A stretch of DNA of 51,173 nucleotides, the filler included, from Streblomastix strix (taxonomy: Eukaryota), in NCBI GenBank assembly GCA_008636045.1. It is 2 parts of 2 records of this genome, joined end to end, with 100 filler letters (N's around TTAATTAATTAA, not from the genome) between each part and the next. Parts side by side here need not be neighbours in the genome. Positions count along the whole stretch, not along the records: positions 1 to 25,561 come from SNRW01000197.1; positions 25,662 to 51,173 come from SNRW01000198.1. The stretch is one strand, 5' to 3'. The number at the start of each line of letters is the position of its first letter. Position 1 is the stretch's first letter. Shown one piece after another: positions 1-38,600 of this stretch. The notes beneath the pieces are model-generated. The model made no database searches. It saw nothing but the letters and a program-made list of their open reading frames with translations, and was not told the origin of the DNA. Position numbers and translations under genes: made by a program.

Positions 1-23638
<23,638 letters not shown>

Positions 23639-24188
23639 TATATAATGTAACTGTAATTTAATGCAGTTTAATAAATTATTGAAAAAAAGTATATTCAGGT
23701 ATTGTAGGTATATCGAAAATAAATAAAACTTATATAAAAAATAAAGTTAAAATATAAAGATTTTGCTAATTTATTTGAATAAAATAAAGAAGTGATATTT
23801 TGAAATAAAAAATAGTTGGAATACATTGATAATAGTGAAAGATAGCAAATAAAAACATAATTTTTAAAAAATTATTTTAAGCCGGTAGAATTATGCGCAG
23901 GTTAAGTCAATGATATAAATGAAGGTGGAAAAATCAACAGCAATTAAAATTTTATTGATTAATATTAGCATATGCATAAATGGTAAGCGATGTTATGTGT
24001 AGTAGCACGATTTTTTATAAACTCACGACGAAGGAGATATTAATAATGTAAGATAATTAAAATGTGGCTGCTGAATATTTAAGAGCATTGAAAATATACC
24101 TTACTGTGATAATATCTGTAAATATTGGTGTTAAAGTATTTAGAGAATTTAGCTGTAAATTAGATGGTATATCTCACATGATTCAATC

Positions 24189-25205
24189 ATGGGTTATTAC
24201 GCTTTATTTAATACACTATGGGCCAGATCATTCGCTTTTTTAATGCTGAAAGATTTAGACGGGCCAAGCTTCTTTGCATAGGAAGCATATATTAGTCACA
24301 CCGTCAACGCTACAGTTCCCTTAGAATAGAATGCTGACCATATTGCCTCAATCCACAGGTCAATAGACGGCGATTACGATCAGAATCAGCTCCAGGCCAC
24401 TGCGGAGGATGCAAAAAGGAAAATACTGGATCTTATGGCCAGTAAGTTCGTTGAACAGTTGTCCAAAACAGAATCAGGCGATGAGGAAGACAGAATGGAG
24501 ATTGCAAGGTAAGCCCTCGCAGATTCTTTATCACAGCCAAACCAGACTTCAGCAGGGGATGAAGACATGACTGCATTGAAGTTTACAACAGATGCAATTA
24601 CTAAAGCTACAATACTTCATAAAGACTTCACTTGGGGAATAAATTTTGAAGAACGGAAATTATTAACTAAGGACGCAGCAATAATTATACCAATAGATCC
24701 TCCAAAACGTAGGGAAGATTTACGAATACCCGAAAATATTAAATAGGTGGATACTGCTCTTATTAATGCGCAGACAAAAGCAAATATAGCTTTAGCACTA
24801 GGTCTTGCTGCCTCTCATTAGGTAGTTGACGGCAAACTGGATGCTGAATGTATGGAAGCGTATGTCGCTACTCAAGCTGAAGTAACCGCTGGAATTGGAA
24901 TTGCGAGACGTGCAAATCTGTACGGATTCAAAGTTGAAGCTGAAGGTACTAGATACTTAACAGAAGCCTCCTTTGATGCAGGATCCAGGTTAAAAACAGT
25001 GCATCCAATGAATCCCAAACCTTTTGCGGCCAAAAGAGTTGAAAAGCCAAGTAGACAGACAGATCTTCCCAAAGAATTATCCAAAGAAGTCAAGAAAGAA
25101 AAGAAGGACGAGGATTCCGAAAGAGATGAAAAGAAGAAAAGCTTCTTCAAGAAAGATTTTCATAGCTCTTGTAGAGATTCATCTTCAAGACACCGACGAT
25201 TTTGA
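24189..25205 (+). CDS. Putative gag-like ORF1 of the DIRS-like element (~340 aa; alternative start at 24243)
   Basis: Open in code 6 (MLKDLDGPSFFAQEAYISH...SSSRHRRF-TGA), with a basic C-terminal tail. It lies upstream of and overlaps the RT-like frame. Confidence 0.6.
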
Positions 25206-25561
25206 AGATTCAGCTACAAGAATCATGGATCATCTGAGTATCTCAAAGAGCATATCAATTAACTCCATTTTAAACTTGAAACAATAAAAAGAGCAGTTGC
25301 AAATATAGCACCGGTTGTTTATACCTATTGGAGGTGCCCTCTAACGAGCAATAGTAAATTGGAGTAAAATAAATGGATAAAATTTAGTTAAAGAAGGTCT
25401 ATAGGCCAATTGGAATTGCATGGGACCTCCAGTTGCATAACCACCAAAGGAGATGGTATTCCTAAAGTCCACAGAAGAACTGAAAGCATTCAATTAAATT
25501 CTAGAAGAGGACTTTCACTAAAAGATCGTTATAGAATCAGATATAGCAGAACTCTACAGTC
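25126..25561 (+). CDS. N-terminus of DIRS-type reverse transcriptase ORF (partial; start uncertain, another ATG at 25225)
   Basis: LFIPIGGALQRAIVNWSKINGQNLVKEGLQANWNCMGPP...AFNQILEEDFHQKIVIESDIAELYS resembles the region preceding the YSPxFxVPK motif of DIRS1 RTs. The core YxDD motif is not in the window. Confidence 0.65.
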
Positions 25562-25661
25562 NNNNNNNNNNNNNNNNNNNNNNNNNNNNNNNNNNNNNNN
25601 NNNNNTTAATTAATTAANNNNNNNNNNNNNNNNNNNNNNNNNNNNNNNNNNNNNNNNNNNN
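25562..25661. other. Artificial contig-joining spacer
   Basis: 44 N + TTAATTAATTAA (25606-25617, a six-frame stop linker in the standard code) + 44 N = exactly 100 nt. Confidence 0.95.
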
Positions 25662-26643
25662 GTCAATAGTCACCTTCTTCATAGTCATTATTCTCATAAG
25701 GTTCATCATAGATTATGTTTGACTAAAATGCGTAAAATTAAAATACCACTTTTAATTCTCTGGCTGGTTAATAAAGTGCTTTAGGAGGGGGATCTACTAA
25801 TACGAATTTGTTTGGAGGAAGTCAGGCAAACAAAACAGGCACTTAAACTTTATTCTTCAGCCCTGACCAATAATCTGACCAAGGGAATACACAAGGATCA
25901 AAATCAATTTTTGGAAAAAAGAAGTGAAGGATAGACTTAAATGAAACTTCCACTAAGGAAGGGGAAATATCACTTATTTTTTATTTTTTATTTTTCATAC
26001 TCACAATTATTAAATAAATAAATTAAAAGATATATATATATTTATTGACTATATTAGAATAATAAGGATCTTAAATTTGCAATTTAATTGGAAATTTTAC
26101 AAACTAAAATTTCAAGTTTGTGTAAATAAAGAAACAAAATTTTACACTAATTTAATATATTAGTTAGCGTATTTATTCATTTGTACTGCTATTATAGAAT
26201 ATTATTCAAAACTTAGAGCGAAAATCATCTCGAATGATTATATTGTTCCGCTATTATTATTCAGGCGTTTTTCTTGTTTATTTATTTTAATTCTACCAGA
26301 TATATTAACTATTAACCCAATCATATTCATTAGCATACAAAATTATATACATTAATACCAGAATAAACTCCGAAAAAACTTAACAAAAATTGCGTTTTAT
26401 GCGATGACAAAGATATATCAATGCATGATAATTTACTTCAGTTATTTTTTATGATAAAATAAATCAAAAAATATGTAGAAAAACCATACTATAATACTTT
26501 TTTTCAATCATCTTTTGATTCAATTTAAGTTTCAAATTTGTTTTTATTATTAAATTCATTAATTTTGTTAAAAATCACTAATTATTCTCATTAATTTCAT
26601 TATTTTAATATTTAATTTTAATTATTCTTTCTTATATTAGATT

Positions 26644-29600
26644 ATGAATAAGCACGGGGTCACCAATACGGTTTGTGATAGATTTTTTTTAATTAGTTAA
26701 AAATTAAACATTATTTCAGCAGCATCATAGTGCGAAAAAAAGGAGGCCTTCTGCTGAAGTTGCAGCTGAATAACACGCTCGTCATAGTAGCCATCGTCAT
26801 AGAAATGCTCGATAAGAGTAAAGTGGTTAAGAACGAGTGTTAAATGAGCCTGTAGATGCAAATGTCTAACATTTACCATTCAGTATGGCATGCATACCAG
26901 GATTCTATTGTGTGTTTGTTTTTGATGAACCTGATGTCCTTCTTGGTGATGTCCCTCCTGCAATCAAGCAACGAGTCCTTGAAACATCATCACTTATTCC
27001 AATTATAGACAATGCAATAACAGAAAAGATTCTATAATCACCACTATTCCCACATTCAGATGAAGAATAAAATAATAATTAATAACAGCCATTACACAAA
27101 TCATCAAATACAATTCATTCATCTCATCCCATATAATAACCTCTAAAGAAGACTATTATCCCACCCAGAGGATTCATCAGTACAGAAGAAGGTGAATCAG
27201 CCAGACATTATAAAGAGAGAGTTATCAGTATGTGTGTCCAATCTCCATAATTCAGAAGATTCTGGAGGAGACATACGCATTGCCCAATTCCTTTGGATGC
27301 TAATGGAGTCCCTGATATGACAAATATAATGCAAAGAGCTCAAAAAGCTTCATATGCAATAGCTAAACTCATTCAACATACTGAAGACAGGAGGAGTTAT
27401 GAAAAGGAAGAAAAACGTATAATGAGAAAAGAAAAGTAGAAACAGAAAGAATAATAAATCTAGTCTGATGTAAATACTTAAAGTAAATCAGAATAATAGA
27501 GTGCTTCAGTATATCCATAAAATACAGCTAAATATGTTGGGAGTCCAAAACATATCACTGCTGATCATCTAACTCCAGTTCCACCTCCATCTTTATTAAT
27601 GAAGAATAATGAAAGTAGTTTATCTCCCAATAAGAAGAATTTGCAATTAAATGATTATGATAATATCAGAAGAGGAAGAGGAAGAGGAAAAGAAGAAGAA
27701 TAACTTCGTAATTCCTCTTCATAATCACTTGAATCAATGTCATCATTCACATCAAAAGATGATATTAATTCAGAAAATGATTCATTTGATTCATCATCTG
27801 AATAATAATCACCAAATAAACCTTTGGATTATTCATAAATAGGAATTGATAACTAAATAAATAAAATTGATGACACAGATGAATCCTCCACTTCATCTTC
27901 ATACACAGATTCATCTCCAACATCTCATTCTCTGAAATCCAATTCTACATCACTTCTATCAACAAATAAAACAAACCAAAGTTAGGATGCATCATATGAC
28001 ATCAAATCTAATAAACATAAGAAGAAGCACAAAAAGAAACACAACAAATAATATGAATAGTAAATTAAATCACTTCATCTCCCAGTTCTTTCTGTCCCAC
28101 ATCCAGAAGAACCTCCTTTATTTGATGTTTGGATGCCACCTCAACCTTAATCATCCCAATCAAATCAATCATCTTAGAAAATTATTGAAACTAAAAAGAA
28201 TATAGAGAATTAGAATAACTAATAACAAGATTAATAGAAACCAGATTAATTGAAAGGAATCTAAGGGAAGGAATAATAATAATAATAACAATTGAAACAA
28301 CAATCCAAACTGCAAACATCCTCATACAGTGATAATAGAAGCTCATAAAGAGATATGCATCATCCACCTCGAGCCTAACATAATGGAAGAGAAACAAGAG
28401 AAACATTATAACTTGTTCCTGATGACTTCACATTACTTCTCTTCAGATACACACCTGCACCAGTTGGACACTCATAGAAAACAATACAGGATCGTAAGGC
28501 TCTTATAAACAAAGCTGAAGTCGATCTTTAAAGAGAAGAAGAGAATAAATGGATTCGCGCAGTTGGAAGTGAAGATCATATATCAAAGAGAATTGAAAGA
28601 TAATTGAGAATCAATTCTGATGATTGCTAGACTTAATCTTCTATGGAAAAGGATGTTGAGAATGGTAAGAAAGAGATATTAAATAGCACAGAAACAGTTA
28701 TTATACACTCTGATATGGAGAAAGATGAAGAAAATAAGAATTTAAATTCATCATTGAAAAAAAGTGAAGCTGAAACAAAATAAAATAAAAATAAAAATAT
28801 TCAACCTACCATATAATCTAAATTAAATGATGCAGCACATAAATTATTATCTGTTCATACATGCTTCTACGATAACCATACAGTTGACTTAGATTCAGTT
28901 GAACACAACTGCTTCGATGCCCAGACTATTGTAGGATAACATCGCCCATTTGACCCATACTCATAATAAGTATGTCCACTACCATCTGCACTTGCATTAT
29001 ATTTCCCAGGTTAATTCCCTCTTCCAAGAGCTGAGGAGCACTCAATCCCACGATCATACAGGGAAATAACCAGAGATCGACGTGCCATTGCTGATGTTGC
29101 TTATGTTGTTGCAAGACTCTCTGAGATGGAAAAATAAAATGGGAAATAAATTATTAAAGAAGAAAACGACGAAGGATGTATTAGCCCTGAAAATACTTAG
29201 TCATCTTATGTAACTCTCCCAATTAATTATTAATCAGATTCGCTTGCATAAATAAGGCCCCAATAACCTCTTGTTACTCCGTGGCCACTCAATATCGTAG
29301 ATTTGGGTGACTTCTGCCATGTCCATGATCTGTAAGAGCCTCCAGAAGCAAACAATTCAACATTTGTGCACCAGTCCTGCCTCAATAACACAAACCTCTA
29401 TGGATTCTTCACTGCAAATGCAGAGCGAAGTGTAGTTAATGTGCTCAGATTGGAGAGAGAGAAGCGTAAATAACTTGAATTAGAGAGAAAGGTGATGGAA
29501 TAAGAAAAATAAAGAGAAAGAGAGAAATAGATTGCAATTGAGAGAGAAAAAGAAATACAAAGGTATAATGATAATATAATCTCTTAGTAAGGATATGGAT

Positions 29601-32600
29601 AAAATGATTCTAATATAAGATTGTAATAGGGAGATGCAGGTATTCGAGGTAGAACTGCACATCAAGGTTAAGGTTTGTATGATAAGCACCATTAATTCTT
29701 TGAAGGTGCTGTTGCATCTGTTAAATAGAAACATAATTAAAGGAAAGATGGGAATCGTATTGATGAAGGAGATGGCGATGAAAGCTAGATTGATACAAGT
29801 AGTAGAAGCAGATCTCCTGCTGATTTATAAGGACTGAATTAGTAATAACAATAATAAACACGTCCAATGTCAATAAAATCGTAAAAATCATAAAATATTA
29901 TTCAGTCTCCATTAAGAAATAGTTAAAAGATAAGAGAGAAAATTAATACGAATAATTAAAATAAGGATGAATTAATTCTTTCTGAGGATGATTATGCATT
30001 TGTTGATAGTGTTATGGATAAAATGAAGCAAAGTGATAAAAATTCAGACTATGATGATAGATATTCAATTGGATTATCAGCTGATTAGTGTTGGGAGAGG
30101 ATTATTCGTATTCGTTAACGCCTTGCGAGAATAGCTGATGCAAATGATAGAAATAGAATATAATAGTTCTCACTTAATAATAATAATAATAACAGACTTA
30201 GTGACAGCTTATATACATCAGCATTGTTTGTTGACTAATCAAATAATTGGAAAGAATCACAAAATAAAGCGGATGTTCAACTATAACTACTGTCTCCCTA
30301 TTAAAAACAAATAAAAGAAGAAGAACTTGAAAGAGAATTACTAATAGATGTTCAAGATGCAGACAGTGATCCAAATTCATCTTCAATACTAAACACTACA
30401 TCAAATATAAGCACTTCACTAAAGATCTTAAATTAGTCAGTAGCTTCATCAGAATAAAATATTGAAGGGAATGAAAATTAAAAAGGATAAATAAAAGGAT
30501 AAGAAAAACATGGAATATTAGAAGCAATAAATGAAGAAGAATTCGATGAGATATTTGGATGTGGATATGAAGGATTAAAAGGATTAGGTTTGTATGGATA
30601 AAAAGATAAAGGAATTACATAAAGGAATAATTAAACATAATAAGAAAAGAAGATTAATGAATCATAGAAAGATATGAAATCCAAAGGAAATGAGTAATAA
30701 CAATCAAATGAATAAAATATTAATAATTGGTGGGATCCACATACAAATTGGAATACAACACCCAAGTTTATTGCAGCATTTTGTGTTCCTGGCAAAGTGC
30801 ATGTGTATAGAAATATTGACAATATAACAAATATGAAAATTGATGACTCTAATGAAAGATCAAATGATAAATTAATTGGGAAGAAATTAGAAATAATAAG
30901 AGATAAGTTAATGGATGGAGGAACAAGCGAATCTTCGAGTGTATCAACATTTTCGTAGAATTTTCAACCAATGAAACAAAGCCAATCTCAACAACAGACA
31001 TCTTCTTCATCTCTTGTACTTGTAATGACATAAGGCAGGAGGATATTAGGGCAGTGCATATGTCCATTAGATATGCAGCTTCGAACTGTGCTTCGTAGTT
31101 TGGCCATCTTCACGCGCCCATCAACAAAGACTCCTCCAGCACCAGTCTCACTTCCTCAACAATCTGATCAGATCTCCAAATCAAAGAGAGGCTCCAGTAA
31201 CAGAAGAAGCAGAGGGAGTATTGGAAGCATAGATGATGATGAATCAAGGATTGACGATGATGATGAACAAGATGATATCAATGCAGTTGTGGGAGATGTG
31301 AGTGATCTAAATGGGAGAATTGTTGGGTTTGATTGTTTTGGCAGAATAGCAGAGATGATTGCTAACTATACAGAGACACCAGTTGAGAAAGCGTATCAAC
31401 CAAAAGGAAAGAGAGTTAGATGGGGAAATCCTGGTGAACCTGGATTAGAAGGAAATGATGATGAAGAAGATGAAGAAGGAGAGACCATTGCAAGATTAAG
31501 AGCTCTTGAATAAGAATAGGACAGTAGTAATGATAGTGATAGCGCTGTTGCCAGAAGAAGGAGGATAAGAGGGAAGATTGAATTGAAGAAGAAAGAAAGA
31601 ATCAGAAAAGAATAAGAAAAGATTGAATTAGAGGAGGAATAGAAGAGACAGGAATAATTAAAAGCAGAAATAAATAGGATCAAATCGAAAAATAAGATAA
31701 AGAATGGATCAAAATAAATGAATAAAGATATTAATAAAAATATATTGGATGATGAGAGCAGTTCTAGTGATGGTGATGATGATAAACAAAAGAAGAAATA
31801 GAAATAATAAAGATAGAAAGCTATTGATGATATCAATTCAGATGATACAGGAGAATCAGAAGAATCCAGTGAAAGTTCAGGAAATGAAGAGGAAGTAGCC
31901 AGAAAGTTGGATGCATTAACCAAAGAATCTAATTCAGATGAAAGAGAGAAAGAAGTAGATAAAAAGAATGAGGAATAAGATGATATACTTTTTTAGCAGA
32001 TAAATGCAATGCTTACTGAATTAGTAGGATAAGATATGATTGATGAAGCCTAATAATCATTTAATAATGATGATTATGAGGAGATTCTAAGGGAAGCTGT
32101 TGGAGCTACAGAAGAAGCTGGATTGGATGAAGATAACGATTAAGACTTGGATGATTCAAATGTGGACATGCAGACTGGTATTTATAATTAAGGGGAAGTT
32201 CCAAGCAAAACAAGAAGACTGAATTATCTGTTGTTGTAGAGAAGGAAAATGGAAGAGAGGAGATTAATTAGACATAAACGTCAGCTTTTGCGAAATTAAA
32301 GAGAACAGGAAAGAATAAAAACGATTAATAATTTGAAAAACAAAACAAAGAAAAGTAAGAAAAATGAAAAGAGGAAAAGTATGCATAAAGATAAGAAAGA
32401 AAAACCCACTGATGATAAAAAATATTTAATGAATAAGAAATTATAGCTTTAAAGAAAAAATAAATCTTCCGATAAACAGATTAGCATAAAGAATGAAGAC
32501 AAGGGTAATGAAGAAGAAAAGAAAGAGAAAGCACCTCTACTTTGTGATATTTGGTGTCCTGAACCAGAAATTGCTCCTATAAATGTCCTTCCACCATCTC

Positions 32601-35600
32601 CATCATAATAATAACTTTCATTAGTATAGTAATAACCAAAGGAACTAAAAACATCATAAAAGAATTTTGATTTGAATTAATCTCATTCATAAAAATCACT
32701 TTTTAACCCATCAATGTATAATTTCCCTATGTAATCTGGATCTTTATCTACGTATTCCATGCAACCCACAATTAGTTCACAGATAGTACCAGGTACAACT
32801 TCTGCAAGGACATTACTTCCAATATCATCTCCATTAACAACACTTGAACGTACCCGATTTGCAAGAATGCTTCTGAGTGCAATAGAAGAAAGAAGCGGTG
32901 ATGCAGCTCCATATTCTATTCACACATCCTCCAGCCACAGAGGTGAATATGGAAGAGCTGTTCGTAAGATGGTGAAAGGACTTGCCAGGGATAACCGTCT
33001 TAATCGCATTGCTATTAAGATCAGATAGAGACTGTTGCGAAGAGATGATGCGAAGTTTCGTAGAAATTAGAAGAAGAAAAATAAATTACTGGCTTAGTTG
33101 GATAGGAAGGAAAAATTAGAACTTGAAAGACTTGTACAGACATAAGCAAGTGCAGAATAAATAGAACTACAGAATAAACAGCATGAAAAAGAGAAAGAAC
33201 ATATTCGAAGAGCAATCAGTAAAGCTTATAGAAGAAACTCTAACATAGCATCTGCATCTATGCATTTACCAAATCCAAGAGTAACAGCTACAATGCTCAC
33301 CCCATCAGCTGTAGCACCGACTTTCTCATAATAATCCTCTTTATTACTTCAATAACAAACATCTCCATCAATTACTTTCTCTCCAAACACTTCACTGATA
33401 AACATAGATGCTGAATAAACAATATTATAATCTAGAGCATCTCCCAGTATCGAATAGACAGCTCAAGAGGTTCGCGCCAATTCATAGCGCGTTCAATCTT
33501 TCACAAGTGGGTAAATGGCACGTTTGAAAGGGTAAAACTTCAATTTAGAAATGCAGAAAATGTAGTCAGAGGTGGAATAATCTCAACAGGAACAGCAAAA
33601 TAATTCTAATCCATAACAATCAGTAAATAACATTTAATAATAAATTCCTGGATCGTCACTTTAGAGATCAAGTGCAAATTATAGTGTATATTCATAAGCT
33701 TCTAATTTCCAGAGTATTAACTTAGATTAATAGAGTTAATATTAGAAGAGTGTAAAGTTGTAAGACAATCAAAATATATATTCATTATAAGATATGATTT
33801 AGAAGTAACTTGAATAAAATTCTTAATAATCCGAAATAATTGCTAGTAGTATTAATAATACTGATATGGTAGGAAATGAATAAACGAAAAAGAGAAAAAG
33901 TGATTAAATTATCTCTCAAAATTTATAAAATATTCAATTAATAAACATAAGCTAAGAAAGCATCATTCAATTGAAGAAATAATAGAGATAGATGATCCGT
34001 TATGTGAGAATGTAATCTCTGCACAAAGCACATGCCTAGAGAAGGGCTATAATTAGAAGAATGATGGTCAAACTCCCCCAGTGGGTGCTATATAATATGT
34101 GGCGTGAATATACAGGTGAAGCAGAATCTGCAAGATTGGTATATTAGAAAGAATTAAATGAGGTTGGAAACATGAATTAGTTAATAATACAATCTGAATG
34201 GGAGAAGATACTTGAGAAAGGAAGGGAGGATCAGAGAATGAATATTTGGGAGTAGATGAGGGAAGAAGCTGAAAAATGGAAGTCAGAAAAGGATAAGAAT
34301 AAAGAAAGAGCAAAAAGCAATTCTAAAAATAATTCACTGAAAATGAGTGCCAATGATCCTTTGGCTTAAATTAAGAGATATCACTGGAAGTTGATGGAGA
34401 ATTACACTCAGTATGAAAGAAAAATATTTGAAAGAACAATGATACTTATAATGAAACGTATTGCTGTTTAATATAGAAATAAGAGTAATATAAGTTTGGT
34501 AGAAGAGGTGAATGAATAAAATTAATAAGAATCGTAGAAATAAATGATTATTGATAAAGAGAATAAAGATGATATTAATAATGATAATCAGAATTAAAAA
34601 AATAGAAATGATAATCAAGCTGAAGTTCGAATCATATAATATAATCCTTCTGAAATAGAAATAAAAAGCAATAAAATTTCTTCTGGAATAATTATATAGG
34701 ATCAAATTGCATCTTCCAGACTCCTTGCAATCCCACAACTATTCCTTGATTGCACTCGGCTTAATATTGCATCTGTCAATCAACAAGGTCATCTTTTACA
34801 TCCAACTGCATTTGATCTACTTGGTTGGAAGAGATAGTAATAGAAATTAAAAGAAAAGAAATATAAGAAAAATAAATAAAATTAGTTGAATAATTAGAAC
34901 AATGGTTATTCTTTTGGTACTGTATATTAAACTACAAATAATCCTAAATCAGATGAGATACCGCAATCACTTCATTTGCACCAACATTAATTAGAAGAAG
35001 AAAAACTTTAGAAATAAAATCAAACAAACGCTAAGAAAGTATTTAACAATTAATTGGAGCCTATTCAATCATCAGGTCATGATTCATCAGATTGGGAATG
35101 TGAATGGCGCGAGGAAGACAGCATAACAGAAGATCAGCAGAAAGATGAAGAAGAACCAGAGTTGGTTTGGGAGAGGATGAGATCAAAATGGGATGAGACT
35201 GGATTCTTCATCAATGAATTCTCATCTGAATCAGAAGCTGAAGTTGCAGCTGATGAAGATGCGAAAGGATATGAAGTTATTTAGGAAGGTAGAACGGATA
35301 GAATAAGTTTAAAATAGAATAAATCGAATCCTGAGGGAAAAGAATCTGCATAAAATAATGATAAAAACATAGTTAAAAGTAAATAATAAACATAACAATC
35401 TACAAAAACATCTAAAGTTTTAGTTAAACGCCAGAAAGATCGATTGCTGCGAATCCTTCGTCCAAACAAAGCTAACCCACGTGATAGATGGTATACACAC
35501 TCAGACAATGAATCATATAGTGAAGGAGAATGGAATGGAAGAGGGTATGACCCAGATAATGATATAGGTTGGACTTGGGGAGTAACTCATGATAAACACA

Positions 35601-38600
35601 AATTACGTTAAAGGAGACTTGCTCTCATACGTAGAGTACTCCATCGTCATGCACATGCAATATTGAACAGTGGATTATTTGGATAGAAAAGTATTAATGA
35701 TACAAAAGCAAATGCTGCACAATTTCTTGAAAGAGCTCTAACTGCACTTTTCAATAATAATAATGCATCTAAAATCTTAGAACCATTAGCTTCAATCGCA
35801 CCCAATGCAGATAAATGTGTCACATCAAGTATCAGACGCAGAATGGCAGCAGCTGTTGAACACTATGAAGATGCTTGGGATGATCTTTGTGCTCAGGAAC
35901 ATTCAACAGCTCTTCTTACTCCTCATTCATATTTTACTGAGAGAATAAAGGAGAAAGCTATAATAACTGATCTCGCTGTTAGATAGAAGAGAAATAATGC
36001 AAGAATAGAGTAGAGGAAATTAGCTGAATAGAGAAGATAAGAGCGTAGAATAGAGCATGAAAAATAAAAAGAACTTCGTCGAATTGAGATGGAAAAAGCT
36101 CAGCATTAATTTGAAACCATCAATAATCAAGCTGCAATATTATATCAAAAGCATGATTCATAAATTGTTTAATAAGGAGTGAAACAGCCAACTTAATCAA
36201 TTTAAATCACTTCTTCACCTCTTATATCTTTAAATACCTAATCTAATTAATTACCATAATCTTTGAGTGCTCAATCATCATAGTCAGCTCTTTTACAAAC
36301 TAAGAATATAGTCTTACCTCCTGGAACAGTCCTTGCCTAACATCCATCAGCTCCTGCACCAAGGCCATTCACAAGGAGAATAACAAAAGAAGAAATGTAG
36401 AATCAATTTAAATAGCCAGTAGATGCACCTGCTCCTCGTCCATTCACTAAGCGAATTACACCAGAAGAGATGAGGTTGTAATTCAAGTAAATGAAGGAAA
36501 TGGACATTTAATAGGAAGAAGGAATGGAAGATCAAACTTAGGAATAAACATCCTTTTAATAAACAAATCTCACAGATTCTATTTCAGATTCACCTGAAAT
36601 GATATCGTTTAATACGATTAATACGATTAATAGACCAACCAGAGCAGGAAGAGGAAGAGGATTATTGAAAGCTCCATATTTCTAATAGACTTCTTCTCCA
36701 TAAGCAAGATCACCATCTCCATCAAATAAATCATAACAATCAAACGCATCATAGCAACTAAATAAATAATAAATCACTTCATAATCATAACTTCCTTCTC
36801 CTTAATCCTTATTTGTAACAAATTCACCTCACATACCACCAACATCAGATACAACTATATCAAAACAACAAATAAATGCTCCAATTATAATTCAACCAAC
36901 AAAACAAACAGCTTAATCTCCACTTCAAGTTCAAGCATAATTATCCCTTCCATTAATATAATCATAACCACTCTAACAAACAAACTCAATACTTGCAAGA
37001 CCTAATTCACTACATGGAGCTCCACCTCTTCCTCCTCCTTCTCTTCCATTGAGTATAAATGAAAATAATACAACAAGTAATTAAACAAATGAGAGTTAAA
37101 TGATTAAAGATGAAAATGTTAGAGAAAAAGAAATAAATTAACTCGCTACACATCAATTTACAATCATTGTAGATGAAATATATTCTAATAGCTCTGGTAT
37201 ATCCAATCAAAATTCTACCTAATCAAGTTCAAATGAAATAGGACTATCTGACAAAAAGAATGATAATTCTGAAAATGACAAATGGCAAACAACTAAAATA
37301 TTCAATATTACTTCTGTAGATGCATCTAATTATTGTGAGTTAGCAAATTCATTACCCATTTCACCTAATATAAAACAATAATTACTGGACAGTTAGAAAG
37401 ATTAATAAAAAACACCCTAAAGCTAAATTTCATCCACAAACTAATCTCTTCCAATCTAACTCTTACCAACTACACCTTCATATTGTGGACTCCCTCCTCG
37501 AATCATTCATCCATTCCTTCCACCTCCTGCTCCTCTTGTTCCCTGCAATCACGGGTGCAAACTTGTTGGTTTCCTTGAAAGCTGGCAGTTGAGATTCTAA
37601 GTTATATATCACAACTCGCATCATCGATATTTACCCATACCAAATAGACCACCACCAAAAGAGGCTGTATTGGATGCATTGAGAAGGAGAGGTCGTTTGG
37701 TGATTAAGAAGACGCAGCACAAGATGAGATTTAGGAATAGAGTACCTTTTAATAAACCTTTGATTAATCCAGTTGCTAATAAAGTTGTTGGAAGAGTAAA
37801 AGTGATAAAAGATGAATAATAAGGAAATCTGATGATAAAAGATTTAGGATCTAATAACTTAAACAAGGAAATAAATGAATTAAACACACAACCTCAACCA
37901 CTATCACCCATATTCTTATAAGAAAACAAAGATAATAATTAATAATTACCTGATTCAAATAAGAAGTGTGACTATACAATAGAGAGGAGAGAAGTAGATG
38001 AAGTATAATTTGATCTGAATGGAGATGAAGGTGAGTGGATTGAAGATGACATTGCAAAGAGAATTGATATGGGAGTTGGATTTGGAGAAGGATTGAATAT
38101 GAAAGAGTAATTAGAGAAAGATATTGAAGAAAGAATAAATGAAAGGAAAGAATAGGATGATCAGAAAGAAATGAAGAAGAATATTGAATAAGGTATTGAA
38201 TCTGATAAGTCATTGGCTTATAATATAAATTAGGGATAATCGAAACTGTTATTAAACAAACAAAATGAATGTGATTCTGAATGTAAAAATGATTCAAGCG
38301 AGGAATTTGAACAACGCATATTGGATGATGAAACTGTGAAACTTGTTGAATTGGCTCCTATACTTACAAGAAACATGAGATAGAGAGCGCGAGCCATTGA
38401 AGAGGCAACCTGGGAGAAATAAGCTGAATAAGCATTAGAAATGGCTTTGAATACTGCAGAATCATAAGAGATACAAAATATGATGTAAAAATTTGGAGAT
38501 AATTAGAATTTAAAAGAAGGAATTAGTGAAATGATAATTAAAGGGAAATCAAATGAAATATAAACAATTTCAAAACCAGAAATAGGTTAACCAAATATAA

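Larger units (their letters stand above)
24189..25561 (+). mobile_element. 5' portion of a DIRS-like (tyrosine-recombinase class) retrotransposon, truncated at the contig end; left boundary approximate
   Basis: Abrupt GC rise relative to the flank. A gag-like ORF overlaps a second ORF carrying the DIRS pre-RT signature PIGGAL...W..I....V..G...W...PP...ILEE...KIVIE.....YS(P). Confidence 0.7.

Noticed and set aside
24001..24249. Short frame +1 reading (NVAAEYLRALKIYL...HYGPDHS) upstream of the gag-like ORF
   Set aside because: Short, with no clear start and no recognisable motif.
25606..25617. Palindromic TTAATTAATTAA as a biological site, and functional linkage of the pseudo-USP, retroelement and phosphatase
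   Set aside because: It is centred in a symmetric 100-nt N spacer and is a standard concatenation linker, so adjacency across it is not evidence of linkage.
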